Source: an uncultured delta proteobacterium (GTDB lineage Bacteria > Desulfobacterota > Binatia > Binatales > Binataceae). From it: DNA of 64,000 nucleotides. This document shows positions 30,975 through 41,091 of the stretch, in pieces (the stretch's first letter is position 1; every line of letters begins with the position of its first letter). The notes under the pieces are model-generated. The model was not told where the DNA came from, made no database searches, and saw only the letters and a program-made list of their open reading frames with translations. The position numbers were made by a program, and so were the translations under genes. Location: the NCBI GenBank assembly GCA_963765675.1, contig CAVXXK010000001.1:1312001-1376000 (forward strand). The letters run 5' to 3'.

Positions 30975-31555
30975 TGACGAGCGAGCCGCAGTTCGACGCC
31001 GCGCGAGTGAATTTCCGCGCGCTCGAGCACGACGACCTGCGGCTGATGCATCGATGGATCAACGACGATCCGGAGGTGCGCCGATGGTGGTGGCGCGAGG
31101 CCGGTCCGTTCGAGAAGATCGTCGCCAAGTACGCGCCACGAATCGGCGCGACCGGCCCGACCCGCAGCTACATTATCCAGTACGAGACTCATCCAATTGG
31201 CTATATACAGGAATACCTAATCGGCGACTATCCGGATTGGGCGCGCCTGGTCGATGTTCCCGAAATTTCCGCCGGAGTTGACCTGTTCGTCGGCGAGGCC
31301 GCGTATCGCGGACAAGGCCGCGGGAGCGCGATCTTGCGCAAGTTCGTGCGCGAAGTGGTTTTCGCGCGGCCTGAAGTCGAGAGCTGCATCATCGGCCCCG
31401 ACCAAAACAACGCCCGCGCGATCCGATCGTACGAAAAGGCGGGATTCAAACCTCTCAAGCCGATTTACGATCCCGATTCAGACGAGCACGATCTCCTGCT
31501 GCGGATTTTTCGTACCGAAGCGCTGAGCGACGACATCTCGCGGAGAGCCTCATGA
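30974..31555 (+). CDS. GNAT acetyltransferase (AAC(6')-like)
   Basis: IGYIQ, YRGQGRG, NARAIRSYEKAGF. Confidence 0.85.
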   Translation: MTSEPQFDAARVNFRALEHDDLRLMHRWINDDPEVRRWWWREAGPFEKIVAKYAPRIGATGPTRSYIIQYETHPIGYIQEYLIGDYPDWARLVDVPEISAGVDLFVGEAAYRGQGRGSAILRKFVREVVFARPEVESCIIGPDQNNARAIRSYEKAGFKPLKPIYDPDSDEHDLLLRIFRTEALSDDISRRAS

Positions 31556-32598
31556 ACTTCGACATCTTCTATCAACTCCCGCAGGCGGATTCGCAGCGCT
31601 CTTCGGATCGATATCGCGATCTGATCGCGGAGGCGGTGCTCGCCGACCAGCTTGGCTTCGCGACGGTCTGGCTCGCCGAGGTTCATTTCGTGCCGCATTT
31701 CTCCGTGATGCCGGCGCCGATGATGCTGCATGCGGCGATCGCGGCGCGCACCGAGCGGATTCGGCTCGGATGCGCGGTAAACCTGATGCCGCTGCATCAT
31801 CCGATGCGCCTGGCGGAAGAGACCGCGATGCTCGATGTGCTCTCGGGCGGCCGCGTTGAGTTCGGTGCCGGACGCGGCGCGTTTCCGCTCAACTACCGCG
31901 GCTACGGCGTGCCGATGGCGGAGAGCCGCGCGATGTTCAAAGAGGAAATCGATTTTATCCGCGCAGCGTGGTCGCAAGATCGCGTCACCTTCCACGGCAA
32001 GCATTTTAACGCCGATAAAATTCAGCTCGTGCCGAAGCCGCTTCAGAAGCCACATCCTCCTATTCGCCTTGCGGCCAACAGTCCCGATACGTTCGTGTAT
32101 GCGGGAACCCACGGTTATCCGATTTTTGCCGGCGGTCCGGTGAACCCGTTCCCGGTGCTCGCCGATCGCCTGGCAATTTACGAACGAGCCCTGAAGGACG
32201 GCGGACGCGCGCGTCCCGACGATTGGTTCGCCGGCCTGCTGATGGTCTTCGCAGGACGCGATCGCGCGTCGGTGCGCGCGAAGATCGAGCCGAGCCTGCG
32301 CAACTACTTCAAATCGGTCGCCGAGATCGTCGAACCCGAGACGCTCGCGGCGGCGAGTTTGGCGGAATTCGAGAAGGTGCGCACGCGCCTGCTTACAATT
32401 CCGTATGATCAGATCGACTCGCAGATGGGCGCGTTCGGCGACACCGAGTATATCGCCGACCGAATCGCCGAGCTGAAAGAGCGTTTCGGCTTCACCCGCC
32501 TGGTCTGCTGGTTCGAGACCGGCGGCCTAACCGGGCATGAAAACATCCTCGAAGCGATGCGTCTATTCGCCGAAAAAGTAATGCCGCGATTCAGGTGA
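31552..32598 (+). CDS. LLM-class flavin-dependent oxidoreductase
   Basis: WLAEVHF, ARTERIRLG, PKPLQKPHPP. Confidence 0.9.
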   Translation: MNFDIFYQLPQADSQRSSDRYRDLIAEAVLADQLGFATVWLAEVHFVPHFSVMPAPMMLHAAIAARTERIRLGCAVNLMPLHHPMRLAEETAMLDVLSGGRVEFGAGRGAFPLNYRGYGVPMAESRAMFKEEIDFIRAAWSQDRVTFHGKHFNADKIQLVPKPLQKPHPPIRLAANSPDTFVYAGTHGYPIFAGGPVNPFPVLADRLAIYERALKDGGRARPDDWFAGLLMVFAGRDRASVRAKIEPSLRNYFKSVAEIVEPETLAAASLAEFEKVRTRLLTIPYDQIDSQMGAFGDTEYIADRIAELKERFGFTRLVCWFETGGLTGHENILEAMRLFAEKVMPRFR

Positions 32599-32628
32599 GG
32601 GGGGCTGGCCCATATACGAGGTGTCGCG

Positions 32629-33054
32629 ATGCAGGTTAAAATCCGCCCGTTCGATGAGCGCGACGTTGACGCGCTGGTTGAGATTCTCAGGCTCAATCGC
32701 CAATACGATTTTCCCGACGTCGAGGGCCCCGACGCGATGCGCCGTGTGGCGCAATGCGGCGCGGCGCTGTTTCTCGTCGCGACGATCGATGAGCGTCCCT
32801 GCGGCTTGGTTCGCGCGGTCTATGACGGTTCGCGTGCCTTGATTCATTTGCTGTCGGTGCATCCGAATCGGCAGAAATCTGGAGTTGGCGCCGCTCTCGT
32901 CGAAGCGGCCTGGGACGAGCTTCATCGCCGCGGCGCGTCGGGAATCTCCGCCACAGTGACAGACCAGAGCTTTCCCTTCTGGAATCGTGAAGGCTTCTTC
33001 CGGCTTCCGGTGTTTCTCGTGCTCAGGACTGAGGTCCTCAGACACACAGGCTAA
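32629..33054 (+). CDS. GNAT acetyltransferase
   Basis: LSVHPNRQKSGVG. Confidence 0.8.
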   Translation: MQVKIRPFDERDVDALVEILRLNRQYDFPDVEGPDAMRRVAQCGAALFLVATIDERPCGLVRAVYDGSRALIHLLSVHPNRQKSGVGAALVEAAWDELHRRGASGISATVTDQSFPFWNREGFFRLPVFLVLRTEVLRHTG

Positions 33055-33116
33055 AGCCTGTGCCACTTAAGAGACCGCGATCTCTCTTTCTGAGGTGGCA
33101 CAGGCTTTAGCCTGTG
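33045..33116. repeat. Inverted pair of GTGG-type REP units (REPIN-like)
   Basis: CACAGGCTAAAGCCTGTGCCAC (33045-33066) and its exact reverse complement (33095-33116). Confidence 0.8.
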
Positions 33117-33144
33117 TTCTTAGGACCTCCGAGCGGCCCGCGAG

Positions 33145-34938
33145 CTACGTCAGATGTCCAACGATCGCCGGTGCGGTGGGTGCCGTGCGATGGTTCCCGA
33201 CGGCGCGCAGAATATCGGTCTTGGTGATGAGCCCGGAAATCTCGCCGGTATGATCGTGTGTGATCAGCAGCATCTGCTCGCCGTCCTCCCGCACCAGCAG
33301 CCGCAGCGCTTCGCTCAAATCGCAATCCTCGCTGACCCGGGTGATCTCACGATCCGCGAGCGAACCGACAGTTGTCTTTTCCCATTCTGATGGTGGGACG
33401 CGGCCGAGATCCGACGCCGATACCAACCCGATAATTTCCTTGTCCTTGTACACCGGGAAATGCGTGTGATCGTGATGCGCCGCGACTGACTGGGCGAAAT
33501 CCGCAACCGTCGCCGACGCCAGCACCGATACGATCTTGCGCTGCATCACGTCGCGCACCGACAGGTTTCTAAGTTCCGCAATCTTCACGGTCTCGTGCAG
33601 ATGCTGATCGCCGGAGACCGACGCCTCGCCCGAAATCGCGTATGCCACCGCCGCGCCGATCAGGCTTGGGATGATGTAGGTGTGGCCGCCGGTAGTCTCC
33701 GCGACGAACACCACCGCGGTGAGCGGAGTTTTGTAGCCCGCCGCGATGAACGACGCCATCCCGACCGCCGCAAACATATCCACCGCGGGCGAGTGCATGA
33801 TCGATTGCGCAAACGCGCTGCCGAAGCATCCCCCGACCAGCAGCAGCGGCACGAACATCGCGCTCACGCCGCCCGAGGCGAGCGAGCAGATCGTTGCTGC
33901 GAGTTTGAGAATCGCAAAGGTAATCAGCAGATGCGACGGAAACGGCGTGCTCAGCACGTAACGCACTGCCTCGTAGTTGGGGCCGATCGGAATGAGCTTG
34001 CCGGGAAACATCGAGACGAATGCCAGCCCGCAGATCGCCGTGCCGAATCCGCCCGCCAGAAGCTTCACCGTGTGTGGCACGCGGCTGTGTACGAAAAAGA
34101 CGCGCACCCGGCGAAACGTGATGTCGAATACGATCGCGATGAGTCCGATTCCCGCGCCCAAAAGCGCCGACCAGAAAACGTCCGAGGCTTTGAACACGTG
34201 GCTCGCGCGGAAACCGAACAGCGGCTCGGCGCTCACCACCGTCACCAGCGTCGCGTACGCGACCACCGACGAGATCAGCGACGGCAGCAGCGCCTCGTGC
34301 GCGAGATCGTCTTTGTACGGCATCTCGAGTGCGAACACGATTCCGGTAAGCGGCGCGCGAAACACCGCCGCCATCCCCGCCGCTGCGCCGCTGATCAGCA
34401 TGATGCGCCGGTCGCGCGACTCAAGCCGCGTGTAGTGCCGTCGCAGCTTCACCCACAACCATGATCCGATCGCGCCGCCGCCGTAAATGCTCGGTCCTTC
34501 GAGCGCGGCGCTTCCGCCCGATCCGACCGTCGTCACGGCAGCGAGCAGCTTCCACCAGAACGGTTTGAAATCGATATCGCCCTGATGGTCGTGGTAGGAG
34601 CGGATGATCTCTTCAGTCGAATGTTCGTCGGGATCCGGCGTCCGGAATTGCATGATTAATCCGGTGAGCAGAAAACCGAGCAGAAGCCCCGGCAGGATCA
34701 TCCAGTGATGTGCCAGATAAAGCGGCAGCAGCGTCGCCCAGATCTTGCCCAGGATCAGAATTGTGAGTCCCGCAATAACCAGCCCCGTGATAACTCCGAT
34801 AATTGGCGCGACCAACAGCCACTTCTGGATATCGCGGGAATATGTCGCGCTGAGATCCTCGCTGATGAGCGCGGTATATTTCTTTAGCAGCGGATGCTGG
34901 AACAACGGCGAATCAAGAATACGAGCTACAACGCCCAC
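33145..34938 (-). CDS. ClC-family chloride channel/antiporter with CBS domains
   Basis: GGSAALEGP, AAGMAAVFRAPL, KTPLTA, C-terminal CBS pair; start uncertain. Confidence 0.88.
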   Translation of the reverse strand: MGVVARILDSPLFQHPLLKKYTALISEDLSATYSRDIQKWLLVAPIIGVITGLVIAGLTILILGKIWATLLPLYLAHHWMILPGLLLGFLLTGLIMQFRTPDPDEHSTEEIIRSYHDHQGDIDFKPFWWKLLAAVTTVGSGGSAALEGPSIYGGGAIGSWLWVKLRRHYTRLESRDRRIMLISGAAAGMAAVFRAPLTGIVFALEMPYKDDLAHEALLPSLISSVVAYATLVTVVSAEPLFGFRASHVFKASDVFWSALLGAGIGLIAIVFDITFRRVRVFFVHSRVPHTVKLLAGGFGTAICGLAFVSMFPGKLIPIGPNYEAVRYVLSTPFPSHLLITFAILKLAATICSLASGGVSAMFVPLLLVGGCFGSAFAQSIMHSPAVDMFAAVGMASFIAAGYKTPLTAVVFVAETTGGHTYIIPSLIGAAVAYAISGEASVSGDQHLHETVKIAELRNLSVRDVMQRKIVSVLASATVADFAQSVAAHHDHTHFPVYKDKEIIGLVSASDLGRVPPSEWEKTTVGSLADREITRVSEDCDLSEALRLLVREDGEQMLLITHDHTGEISGLITKTDILRAVGNHRTAPTAPAIVGHLT

Positions 34939-35249
34939 CCCGGAATACTCCCATTTCTTCCCCGAGTTCTGCTACGCCAATGCGATTCGCATCGCGTCAG
35001 TCGGTCGGGAAGCTGTGCCGACCTGACACAAACGAATCAATAATTGTAGCATTTGCGCCACATACCAAAAGCCGTCTGGTCGCATAATTTCGATGCCGTC
35101 AGGCGCAATACGCTACACGGAAGCCAGAGCCGGGCGCAAAACTCTACGTTTGCGACACTTCGTCCAACGCAAGCGTCGCAGGGACTGCTAGAGATGACAA
35201 GACTAATCAACCCGACTGTTATCACGATTATGGTGAAATATGGTGCTCA

Positions 35250-35265
35250 TGGCACGGCAATTGGA
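35250..35265 (+). promoter_or_regulatory. Possible sigma54 promoter with a non-canonical -12 element
   Basis: TGGCACG-GCAA-TTGGA versus consensus TGGCACG-N4-TTGCW. Confidence 0.35.
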
Positions 35266-35385
35266 TCATCGTTCTCGTCGCCGAAAAAATGTTTCTTAAC
35301 TGGCGAGAAATTTCCGCACCGAAAAACCAAGATTTAATTCTGCCATTGAAGTAACCTTACGGCGCTGGTGTCTAAGTGGAGTAGT

Positions 35386-35853
35386 ATGGAGAACGACGAA
35401 AAAGATCTCGAAGGCGCCGGCTCCTGCGTACGAATTTTTCTGGTCGAGGATAATCCCGATCATGTTTTTATCGCGCTTACCGTGATCCGCCAGGTGCTCG
35501 GCGACGCGATCGAGATGCTGCACGCGCAAAACGCTGAAGAAGCGCTCGACATGATCACGCAGTTCACCGAGTACGATCGTCCCGATCTGTTTTTTGTCGA
35601 TTTGCGCTTGCCTGACAACGGCGGCTTCTCCGTGCTCACCGCTGTTCGCGGCAGCGAGGTCTGCTCGATGGTTCCGCTGTTCGTCGTGACCAGCTCGATG
35701 TACGACCGCGATATCGCTGAGAGCTACGAGCTCGGCGCGTCGGCCGTTCTTTCCAAACCGCTGTCGCGCGCGAAGCTGCGCGAAGAACTGACCCGGATTG
35801 GGGCACTGCCGCCGTCGAGCGAGCATCCGCCCGGCACTACTTACCGACATTGA
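35386..35853 (+). CDS. Single-domain response regulator (Rcp1/CheY-like)
   Basis: FLVEDNPD, VDLRLP, SYELGA, SKP. Confidence 0.85.
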   Translation: MENDEKDLEGAGSCVRIFLVEDNPDHVFIALTVIRQVLGDAIEMLHAQNAEEALDMITQFTEYDRPDLFFVDLRLPDNGGFSVLTAVRGSEVCSMVPLFVVTSSMYDRDIAESYELGASAVLSKPLSRAKLREELTRIGALPPSSEHPPGTTYRH

Positions 35854-35993
35854 ATCTCGGTAATCGATTCAGTTGGGTCGGCTCGCGCGGCGAGAACGCC
35901 GCGATATTCGCGACCTGTGCGCGCTTGACGCCCACAGTCGCGAGTAGGATTCTCGGTGCTGGCACGGCGCAACTGGCGCATCCGAGGTTCCGC

Positions 35994-37235
35994 GTGAAAC
36001 CCCATTCATTCGATAAGAGCAACGCGCTCATGGAGCGCGCGCGCAAGGTTGTTCCCGGCGGCATCTATGGGCATCAGAACCCCGCGATGCTTACCAAGGG
36101 TGCGTTCCCGTCCTTCTTCGCACGCGGCCAGGGTTCCCACATCTGGGACGTCGATGGGAACGAGTACATCGACTACATGGCGTCCTACGGACCGATCGTG
36201 CTCGGGCATCGGCATCCGCGCGTCGAGGAAGCTGTCCGCCGCCAGATGGAGCTCGGCAACTGCTTCAATGCGCCCGGCCCGCTATGGGTCGAGCTGGCGG
36301 AATACATGGTTTCGATCACGCCGTTCGCCGATTGGACGGTGTTCGCGAAAAACGGCTCCGACGTATGCACTTGGGCGACCGTGTTGGCGCGCCACGCAAC
36401 CGGACGCAAAAAAATCGCGATGTGCTCGGGCGCGTATCACGGCGCGCACGTCTGGTGCACGCCTGCGCCGGGCGGCGTGATGCCCGAGGATCGCGCCAAC
36501 GTCGTTTACTTCAACTACAACAACCTGGCGAGCCTGCGCGACGTAATCGGCGACAACGAGGGCGAGATCGCCGGCGTGATCCTCTCTCCGTTCCGGCATG
36601 ACGCCGGTCACGACCAGGAACTTCCGGTCGAAGGATTTCTCACCGGCGTGCGCGAGCTGTGCGATCGCAACGGGATCGTGTTTATTCTTGACGACGTGCG
36701 CGCTGGCTTCCGGCTCAACATGGGCGGCTCCGGCGAGCTGTTCGGCGTGCGTCCGGATCTGTCCACCTACTGCAAGGCGATGGGCAACGGCTATCCGATC
36801 TCGGCGTGCATGGGACGCGACAGCCTCAAGCAGGCCGCGCAGGAAGTGTTTTTCACCGGCTCATATTTCACCAGCGCAGTTCCGATGGCGGCGTCGCTCG
36901 CATGCCTGCAAGAGCTCGCCGCGACGAATGGAATCGAGCGGATGCGGATGCTCGGCGAAAAGCTCCGTGATGGACTGCTGGCGCAAGCGCGCTCTCACGG
37001 TTTCGAGGTGACCTACTCCGGACCCCCCGCGATACCCTACATGACGTTCAAGGACGATCACGGACGTCACGATCGGATGAAAGTGTTTGCCGGCGCCTGC
37101 TCGTTGAATGGCGTCTACCTCGCGCCGCGCCACAACTGGTTCCTAACAGCAGCCCACACCGAAGACGATATCGCCCGCACCCTCGAGGTAACCGACGCCG
37201 CCTACACCGCCGTCCGTAAGCAGTTCCCCGCGTGA
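35994..37235 (+). CDS. Class III aminotransferase (glutamate-1-semialdehyde aminomutase-like)
   Basis: DVDGNEYIDY, DDVRAGFR, PDLSTYCKAMGNG; GTG start after GAGG. Confidence 0.88.
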   Translation: MKPHSFDKSNALMERARKVVPGGIYGHQNPAMLTKGAFPSFFARGQGSHIWDVDGNEYIDYMASYGPIVLGHRHPRVEEAVRRQMELGNCFNAPGPLWVELAEYMVSITPFADWTVFAKNGSDVCTWATVLARHATGRKKIAMCSGAYHGAHVWCTPAPGGVMPEDRANVVYFNYNNLASLRDVIGDNEGEIAGVILSPFRHDAGHDQELPVEGFLTGVRELCDRNGIVFILDDVRAGFRLNMGGSGELFGVRPDLSTYCKAMGNGYPISACMGRDSLKQAAQEVFFTGSYFTSAVPMAASLACLQELAATNGIERMRMLGEKLRDGLLAQARSHGFEVTYSGPPAIPYMTFKDDHGRHDRMKVFAGACSLNGVYLAPRHNWFLTAAHTEDDIARTLEVTDAAYTAVRKQFPA

Positions 37236-37252
37236 GGCTTCAATGTCCTAAT

Positions 37253-37327
37253 CCCTCTCCCTGCGGGAGAGGGCCAGCGGCGCAGCGATTGCTTTTTTTA
37301 GCAATCGCTGTGACGCGCGGGTGAGAG
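37253..37327 (+). repeat. CCCTCTCCC-GGGAGAGGG element, copy B
   Basis: Same termini as copy A with a different internal stem. Confidence 0.75.
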
Positions 37328-37497
37328 CGGCCTTCCTGAGAGCTTTGTTGATCATGTACGGACTTAGCAGGAAAGCGAAGAAATAACGAAATGATTAAAC
37401 GAACTGTATCTCCGCTGAAAAAAACCTTGAATTTACAGCAATAATTTCCTCTCCGACCGCCAGATTTACCTGAACGAACCCACCGTTCCTGGGACGC

Positions 37498-38907
37498 TCA
37501 AATCTCCGGCCACTTGTTGTTCCATGGACGCGCCTGCTCATACGCGTACGCCGCTTGCAGCACCAAATCCTCGCGCAGGCGCTCGGCGACGATCTGCAAG
37601 CCCGCGGGCAATCCCGCGTCGGTCAAGCCTGCTCGCACGTTCGCGCCCGGATGGCCGCTCATGTTGAACGGATAGGTGAATCCCGCGACGGCTTTCAGTT
37701 GGTCGGCGGGTTTGCCGTTGATCGTGTCGAACGGAGGTCCTGCGGCCGGAAACGCTTCAGTCGCGATCGTCGGAGTGAGGAGCAAGTCGTAACGCTCAAA
37801 AATCTTGCGGCACCATTCGTTGAATTGATAGCGCAGCCGATAGGCCTGCCCGTAATGCCGCCACGTGATGTGCTCGGCGGTCATCGTGCCGGCCGCAAAT
37901 GCGCGGCCGAAGTCCTCGCGATGGCTCGCCAGCAACTCGTAAAGCTGCGCGTAGGATTGCGTCGCGCCCAAGCGCTGCCATTCGCGGCCGAGATCGGTTA
38001 TCGGATCGTTGATCACCGTGATCTCGTGACCGAGATCTTTGAATACGTCCACCGCGCGCGCGACCTCGCGCGCGACGTCGCTCTGCACCGGGTTTCCGAA
38101 GTCCGGATGAAACGCGATGCGCAACTTTTTCGGTATCCGCTCGAGGATCGCGTGATACGAAATTCCCGGATGCGGCAGCGAATCGGGATCGGCCGCATGA
38201 TACCCGACCGCCGCGTCCAGATAGAGCGCGGCGTCGCGCACCGTGCGCGTGAGCGGCCCCACCACGCTGGTGTCGTTCCATCCGAGCATCCCCAAAGACG
38301 CTTCCAGCGGGATACGCCCTTTGGTCGGCTTGAGCCCGAAGCATCCGACGTAGCATGCCGGAATTCGCACCGAGCCGCCCCCGTCGGACCCTGTCGTGAG
38401 CGGGACAATTCCGCCGGAGATCGCGGCCGAGCTTCCGCCCGACGATCCACCCGGCGTGCGTTCGAGGTTCCACGGATTCCGCGTCACGCCAAAAAGCAGA
38501 TTCTTGGTGAAACCGGTATATCCAAACTCGGGCGCGTTGGTCTTGCCGAGCACGATCGCGCCGGCCGCGCGAAGCCGCCCGACCTGCACCGAGTCGCCCT
38601 CCGGCATGTGGTCCTTGTAGACTCTCGAGCCGTGAGTGGTCGGCATTCCGGCCGCGTCTTCGAGATCCTTGACCCCGAGAGGCAATCCGGCCAGAGGCCC
38701 GAGCTCTTCGCGCCGCGCGATCTTTTCGTCCATCGCGCGAGCCTCGTCCATCGCGGCCTCCGCGCGCACCGCTACGAACGCGTTGACTTTCGGATTGACC
38801 TGCTCGAGCCGCTTGAGCGTCGCCGTCATCAATTCGCTCGGCTTGAGTTCGCGCCGCCGGATCATCGCGGCCAGCTCGTGTGCGGGTTTCCAATAGAGTT
38901 CGGCCAT
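37498..38907 (-). CDS. Amidase (amidase signature family)
   Basis: GVKD, TPGGSSGGS, GSDGGGSVRIPA; GAGG RBS. Confidence 0.93.
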   Translation of the reverse strand: MAELYWKPAHELAAMIRRRELKPSELMTATLKRLEQVNPKVNAFVAVRAEAAMDEARAMDEKIARREELGPLAGLPLGVKDLEDAAGMPTTHGSRVYKDHMPEGDSVQVGRLRAAGAIVLGKTNAPEFGYTGFTKNLLFGVTRNPWNLERTPGGSSGGSSAAISGGIVPLTTGSDGGGSVRIPACYVGCFGLKPTKGRIPLEASLGMLGWNDTSVVGPLTRTVRDAALYLDAAVGYHAADPDSLPHPGISYHAILERIPKKLRIAFHPDFGNPVQSDVAREVARAVDVFKDLGHEITVINDPITDLGREWQRLGATQSYAQLYELLASHREDFGRAFAAGTMTAEHITWRHYGQAYRLRYQFNEWCRKIFERYDLLLTPTIATEAFPAAGPPFDTINGKPADQLKAVAGFTYPFNMSGHPGANVRAGLTDAGLPAGLQIVAERLREDLVLQAAYAYEQARPWNNKWPEI

Positions 38908-39012
38908 AGCTTTCACCTCCAGCGGGCGCAGCGCTGTGCTGGCACTGATGGGAGGGTTTCTACTACGGTTTGCATGGAAGCAAAAGCGCACGGGGATGCC
39001 GCGCGCGGCGGT

Positions 39013-39041
39013 TTGACTGCCTAACAACTGTTAGATAAACT
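39013..39041 (+). promoter_or_regulatory. Sigma70 promoter containing a TetR-type operator
   Basis: TTGACT-N17-TAAACT with palindrome CTAACA-AC-TGTTAG (39021-39034) in the spacer. Confidence 0.75.
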
Positions 39042-39067
39042 TTGAACTGCGCACGGAAGAATCAATC

Positions 39068-39745
39068 ATGCGATCTCACTCCAAATCGCCCGCCGCTCAC
39101 ACCGGAACCAAAGTCGTTCCAATCCATCGCGGAATTGACACCCGCGACCGAGTTCTGGCGGTCGCGCTGCCGCTGTTTGCCGACCGCGGCTATCGCGGCA
39201 CCAGCCTGCGCGACATCGCGCGCCGGATCGGAATCAAGGCGCCCTCGCTGCTGCATCACTTTCCTTCCAAGCAGCAGCTCTACCTCGCCGTGCTGGACAG
39301 GATTTTCGAAGGGATGGAAGCCGCGGCGCAAAGTATCGCGACCGGAAAGGGCACCCGGCAGGAGCGTCTGGTACAAACGATTCAGGACGCGATCGACTAT
39401 ATCGCGAAGCATCCCGACTCGATGAAGCTTTTGTGGAAAGAGATGGCCGACGAGAGCGGAGTCGGACGCAGCCTGCTGAAACGCCGGATGCCGCCGCTCG
39501 ACGCGATCGTCATGAACTTTATTTTCCGCGGACAGCGCGAGGGCGAATTCCGCGCCGAACTCGATCCGTTTCATTTCATCCGCAGTCTCGAGTCGATCAC
39601 GATCGGATATTTCGGCACCGCCGCGATGATCAAGCGACTGTGGAACGTGAACCTGCTCGAGCCCGCGATTATCGAGCGCCGCAAGCGCGAAGTCGTGGAC
39701 ATGGTCGAGCGCACGCTGTTCGTCACGCCCGCCGGCAAAGCCTAG
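39068..39745 (+). CDS. TetR/AcrR family regulator
   Basis: GYRGTSLRDIA, LLHHFPSK. Confidence 0.92.
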   Translation: MRSHSKSPAAHTGTKVVPIHRGIDTRDRVLAVALPLFADRGYRGTSLRDIARRIGIKAPSLLHHFPSKQQLYLAVLDRIFEGMEAAAQSIATGKGTRQERLVQTIQDAIDYIAKHPDSMKLLWKEMADESGVGRSLLKRRMPPLDAIVMNFIFRGQREGEFRAELDPFHFIRSLESITIGYFGTAAMIKRLWNVNLLEPAIIERRKREVVDMVERTLFVTPAGKA

Positions 39746-39797
39746 GCGGCCTTCCAATTTCGCGCATTACACCCGGAAGAGAGAGGGTAATAGCCAT

Positions 39798-40991
39798 ATG
39801 AAGTTCGGAACGTTTTATGAGCATCAGTTGCCGCGCCCGTGGAAAGCCGGCGCGGAGCTGAAGCTGTTTCAGGATGCGCTCGATCAGGTCGAGCTGGCCG
39901 ACAAGCTCGGCATCGACCACATGTGGGAAGTCGAGCATCATTTTCTCGAGGAGTACGCGCATTCCTCGGCGCCCGAAATTTTTCTGGCGGCATGCAGCCA
40001 GCGCACCAAGCGGATCCGGCTCGGGCACGGAATCGTCCTGCTGCCTGCCGGATACAACCATCCGGCGCGCGTCGCCGAGCGAATCGCCACACTCGATCTG
40101 GTGAGCGGCGGCCGCGTCGAGTTCGGCACCGGAGAATCCTCGGCCGAAGCGGAGCTAGGCGGCTTCCTGATTCCTCGCGCCGACAAGCGCGACATGTGGC
40201 AGGAATCACTCGGCGCGATTTGCAGGATGTTCGTCGAGGAGCCGTTCCAGGGGCACGAGGGCAAATATTTCAAGATGCCGGTGCGCAACGTCGTGCCCAA
40301 GCCGGTGCAGAAACCGCATCCTCCTCTGTGGGTCGCATGCTCGCGGCGCGAGACGATTCATCTTGCCGCCAAGCTCGGAATCGGCGCGCTGACCTTCGCG
40401 TTCGTCAGTCCCGAAGAAGCTAAGATGTGGGTGAATGACTACTACACAACGCTCGCCAACGAATGCGAACCGATCGGCTATGCGGTCAATCCCAACGTCG
40501 CAATCGTGACCGGCTTCATGTGCGATCCCAATCAGCAGCGCGCCGTGTCGATGGGCGAGGAGGGGCTCAAGTTCTTCTCCTACGCGCTTGGGCATCATTA
40601 CATCTTCGGCCAGCACGAGCCGGGCAAGACCGACATCTGGTCGAACTACAAGGGGGTCAAGATCGACATCCCCGGCGCCGGCGGAGAGAACGCCTGCATC
40701 GGCACTCCCGACCTGATCCGCGAACGCCTGCGCGCGTATGAAGAAGCGGGCGTTGACCAGGTGGTCTTCATCTCGCAGGCGGGCAACAACAAGCACGAGG
40801 ATATCTGCTCGTCGCTGAATCTGTTCGCCGAAAAGGTGATGCCGGAATTCAAGCCGCGCGAGGAAAAGCGCGCGATGGAAAAGGCCGAGCGGATGGCGCC
40901 GATCATCGAACAAGCGATGAAGCGCAAACGCGCCCCGCAACTGCCGAAGTCATCCGGCGCAACGATAATCCAGGCCGGCATGGCGCCGTAA
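39798..40991 (+). CDS. LLM-class flavin-dependent oxidoreductase
   Basis: EHQLPRPW, VEHHFLEEYAHS, PKPVQKPHPP. Confidence 0.92.
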   Translation: MKFGTFYEHQLPRPWKAGAELKLFQDALDQVELADKLGIDHMWEVEHHFLEEYAHSSAPEIFLAACSQRTKRIRLGHGIVLLPAGYNHPARVAERIATLDLVSGGRVEFGTGESSAEAELGGFLIPRADKRDMWQESLGAICRMFVEEPFQGHEGKYFKMPVRNVVPKPVQKPHPPLWVACSRRETIHLAAKLGIGALTFAFVSPEEAKMWVNDYYTTLANECEPIGYAVNPNVAIVTGFMCDPNQQRAVSMGEEGLKFFSYALGHHYIFGQHEPGKTDIWSNYKGVKIDIPGAGGENACIGTPDLIRERLRAYEEAGVDQVVFISQAGNNKHEDICSSLNLFAEKVMPEFKPREEKRAMEKAERMAPIIEQAMKRKRAPQLPKSSGATIIQAGMAP

Positions 40992-41017
40992 GAGCTGTCG
41001 CAGTGTAGTTCGATCTC

Positions 41018-41046
41018 GAAGGGCCGCCGTTTGGACGGCCCTTTTC
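41018..41046 (+). terminator. Terminator hairpin
   Basis: AAGGGCCG...CGGCCCTTTT. Confidence 0.55.
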
Positions 41047-41091
41047 GTGGGGCGATGATTTCGGGTGACGGCTCCGCTATTCTGATTGTCG

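Noticed and set aside
37330-37497. AT-rich intergenic stretch as sRNA or foreign fragment
   Set aside because: No ORF, clear structure or recognisable motif.
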